From positions 1,448,375 through 1,512,374 of the forward strand of contig NW_004797382.1 in the NCBI RefSeq assembly GCF_000002075.1: 64,000 nt of DNA, written 5' to 3'. The notes beneath the pieces are model-generated. The model saw nothing but the letters and a program-made list of their open reading frames with translations. It made no database searches and was not told the origin of the DNA. The position numbers were made by a program, and so were the translations under genes. Shown here piece by piece: positions 61,571 through 64,000 of the stretch. Within the stretch, counting starts at the first letter, position 1. Each line of letters begins with the position of its first letter. Source of the DNA: Aplysia californica. Taxonomy: Eukaryota.

Positions 61571-62271
61571 CTGAAACATTAAGTCCAGAGTACAGGTTAT
61601 TGAGAATAAATACAGAACTTTATCACTCAGTTTCAACATATCAACCATTCTGTTCACACTAGGTAGTCATCGATTCAATATTTGCTCAGTTAGATTTTGC
61701 ACTATTGTCAGAAAAAGCGCTGACTAAATATACTTTGAAATGAAGTTCAAAGTAATGATAGTGACTAAAAATAACTCCTTGTGAAATACATTTTCCTACA
61801 AAATAACATATGATTTGAATGATTATACAAGCAATTCTAAAAATAATCATGCACACAGAAGAACTGTGATCACAGTGACAAGTAATAGACAGAGCGACAA
61901 GAAAATCTGACACAAATATCTTCTTTACTGTATCATCACAGAATGGTTTTCACTACGTCAGAACTTCTGAGAGGGTGTATTAGATTGGTTGTAAAGGGAA
62001 TTTAAAGTTCTTGCCTCTTCTACCAAAGTACCGGGTTTTGTCCCTTGTTCATACAGGCATGGTATGACATGTTCTGATGATAACTTAGAGTTGTTCTCAG
62101 TTATTCTCATTTCCCCGGTTCTAAGGCAAGAGGGGTCTCCTACCTAATCTACTCAGAAAAGAATAAAAAATGCAGATGTCCCATACGCATATGCGCACAT
62201 GAAAAAACACCAGTGCAATCGAAAGTCATGGAAAAACAGGCTTGTCCAAGAAAATTCTAAATAAACCTTAA

Positions 62272-62510
62272 CCCTATCTGTACGTCGAGTTTTACTATCA
62301 TATCCATACGACATGAGGAACTCTGGGCCACCACTTTCAAAGAGGAAATTTACTCGTTAATCCGATCCGTATGCTTTGCATAGCAGTCTGTCAAAATGAT
62401 TTTTTCAGAAATACTGAAAGTTTTCCAAGAGATCTTCGTACTAGAAGTATTCTGAAATGTGAAGAATACAACCCGGGGGTACAAAATGACTCCAGGGCAT
62501 ACGGATAGGG
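62272..62510. mobile_element. piggyBac-type MITE (family C), copy 2
   Basis: TTAA TSD; ccctatc...gataggg termini. Confidence 0.88.
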
Positions 62511-62550
62511 TTAAAATTTAAACACAAACATATTGACATTTATGGCTTAC

Positions 62551-62643
62551 CGAGCTGTGCCTGATGAGGATCTGCCATCTGTATCAGGGCATTGTCCTTC
62601 TTGTTGAACAGCACCTTTACTCGGTGAACATCTCCATAGACAC
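62551..62643 (-). CDS. PTBP1: Polypyrimidine tract-binding protein, RRM3 exon ([30 protein letters not shown])
   Basis: Near-identical to the recalled PTB/hephaestus RRM3; tag acceptor and gtaag donor on -. Upstream exons were not found in the window. Confidence 0.93.
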
Positions 62644-64000
62644 CTAATGGAACAAGTGGAGGAAAGAAATGAAAACTTCATGGGGTCACAGTTCTAGTGA
62701 TGACGAAACAGATAGATGGGGAGAGGAATACACGACAACTTTTTGAAATATAAGAATTTAAAATAGTGGGCATAACTATGGTTACAAAACAAAAAGTTCA
62801 AACTTTTTCAAGGGAAGGAGCCATTTACTAAACAGCATTTTGTTTTCAGCGACTTTGTATATTCCTGCCCACTCTCTCCATGCAAGCTACAAAAGCAATG
62901 GAATACATTATGTTTCACCAAACACTACTTTTGCAATCAATTTTGCAAACAAGTTTGAGAAAACCTTGTGCAGAACTTACAGTGCTATGAGTCTGACTGT
63001 TATGTCAAAGTGCGCTCACCCAAATCTGTAGAATACCCTTATTAAGTTATGTTTCTTTGCTATGACAGCTCATTCATACTAGAGTAGTAGAGCACACACA
63101 GTTCAGATTTAATCAACTGACTCTACATTTTTTTTCTGTTTGTCAGCCATTTCTTACTTAAATATTTTGTTTCAGCTAAGACAGTATTGACATGTCTCGT
63201 TGAAAGTTTCAACATATTACGCATTCTTCTCAACATTTAACTTTCCACCTAATGTCCAATAATAGTACAATCTATTTTTTTTAAAAACCTCAAGATGCCT
63301 AAAACTACACAAGTCTGACATAAAATACTCCATATTACTGTTAGTATTCAAGTAAAATCTGTTGCGCTTCTTGTCTTGACATTGTTTCAGCACACTTGCT
63401 TCTTCATGTGATGAAATCCTTCTTCTACAAGACTTATGCCTAAAGAGTTTACTGAAAGCTTGACAGAGGGCAGTGGTGGTTGAGGATTCTATTTTTAAAA
63501 TACTGAACAATGAATATTCTTATTATATTTAATCCTTCAATTATGTTGTATCTTTTTAATTGTTGCCAAAGCGTGTCCAGTACACATGAAAAGAACTACC
63601 TACCAACCAGTGGCAGAGAGTAAATAAAACATATTTATGTGGTGGCACCATCAGCATATTTGACTGATTTCACTATTATCAAGAATAATATAAAACAAGG
63701 GGAAAACATTCTAAATACATAAGAAGAATCAAATGAAACACCATTATATTGTATGTGATGAAAACTAAAAGCAAAGTAAAGAATTGACGTGAAGAACAGT
63801 GTCTCCCTTCTGGTTGACAAAGTATTCAGTAGTAACGTAAGAACAACATCTAGGAAAGGGGAAAGAGATATGTGTAGGTCTACACAGTGCAGAATTCTAG
63901 TTTTCACCAAAGAAGCAAGACGAGAGAAATGAAGTTTTACAAGGACCAAATAAAATATGACATTCAAAAGAAACAGATCATTCCAGCAAAGATGTTAATA

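Overview
Eukaryotic (animal) genomic DNA: AT-rich, intron-rich and dense in repeats, with N-gaps. It is probably a gastropod mollusc, inferred only from SINE style. Three spliced protein-coding genes can be rebuilt by hand with consistent GT-AG phases. (1) The 3' part of a TBC1D2B-like Rab-GAP on + (1925-16638), with an apparently very long 3' UTR. (2) A complete METTL4-like MT-A70 N6-adenine methyltransferase on + (31430-43423; 10 coding exons, 499 aa, intact DPPW). (3) The 3' part (RRM3-RRM4) of a polypyrimidine tract-binding protein (PTBP/hephaestus) on - (62643 to 58057), convergent with METTL4. The most unusual feature is in the TBC1D2B-like gene, where tandem repeats have repeatedly grown out of its own splice junctions. 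The largest is a 2.35-kb array of a 93-bp exon-end plus 5' splice-site unit that creates 22 extra GTAAGT donors. The same gene has a near-identical 2.2-kb tandem duplication of two in-frame TBC-domain exons, which may be real or an assembly artefact. The window also holds a LINE/SINE/short-retroposon set sharing one 3' tail, Sola-like, piggyBac-like, hAT-like and Tc1/pogo-like MITEs (some nested), a 158-bp solo LTR inside a tRNA-SINE, and a SINE-derived minisatellite. Family assignments come from recalled motifs; no database search was run.
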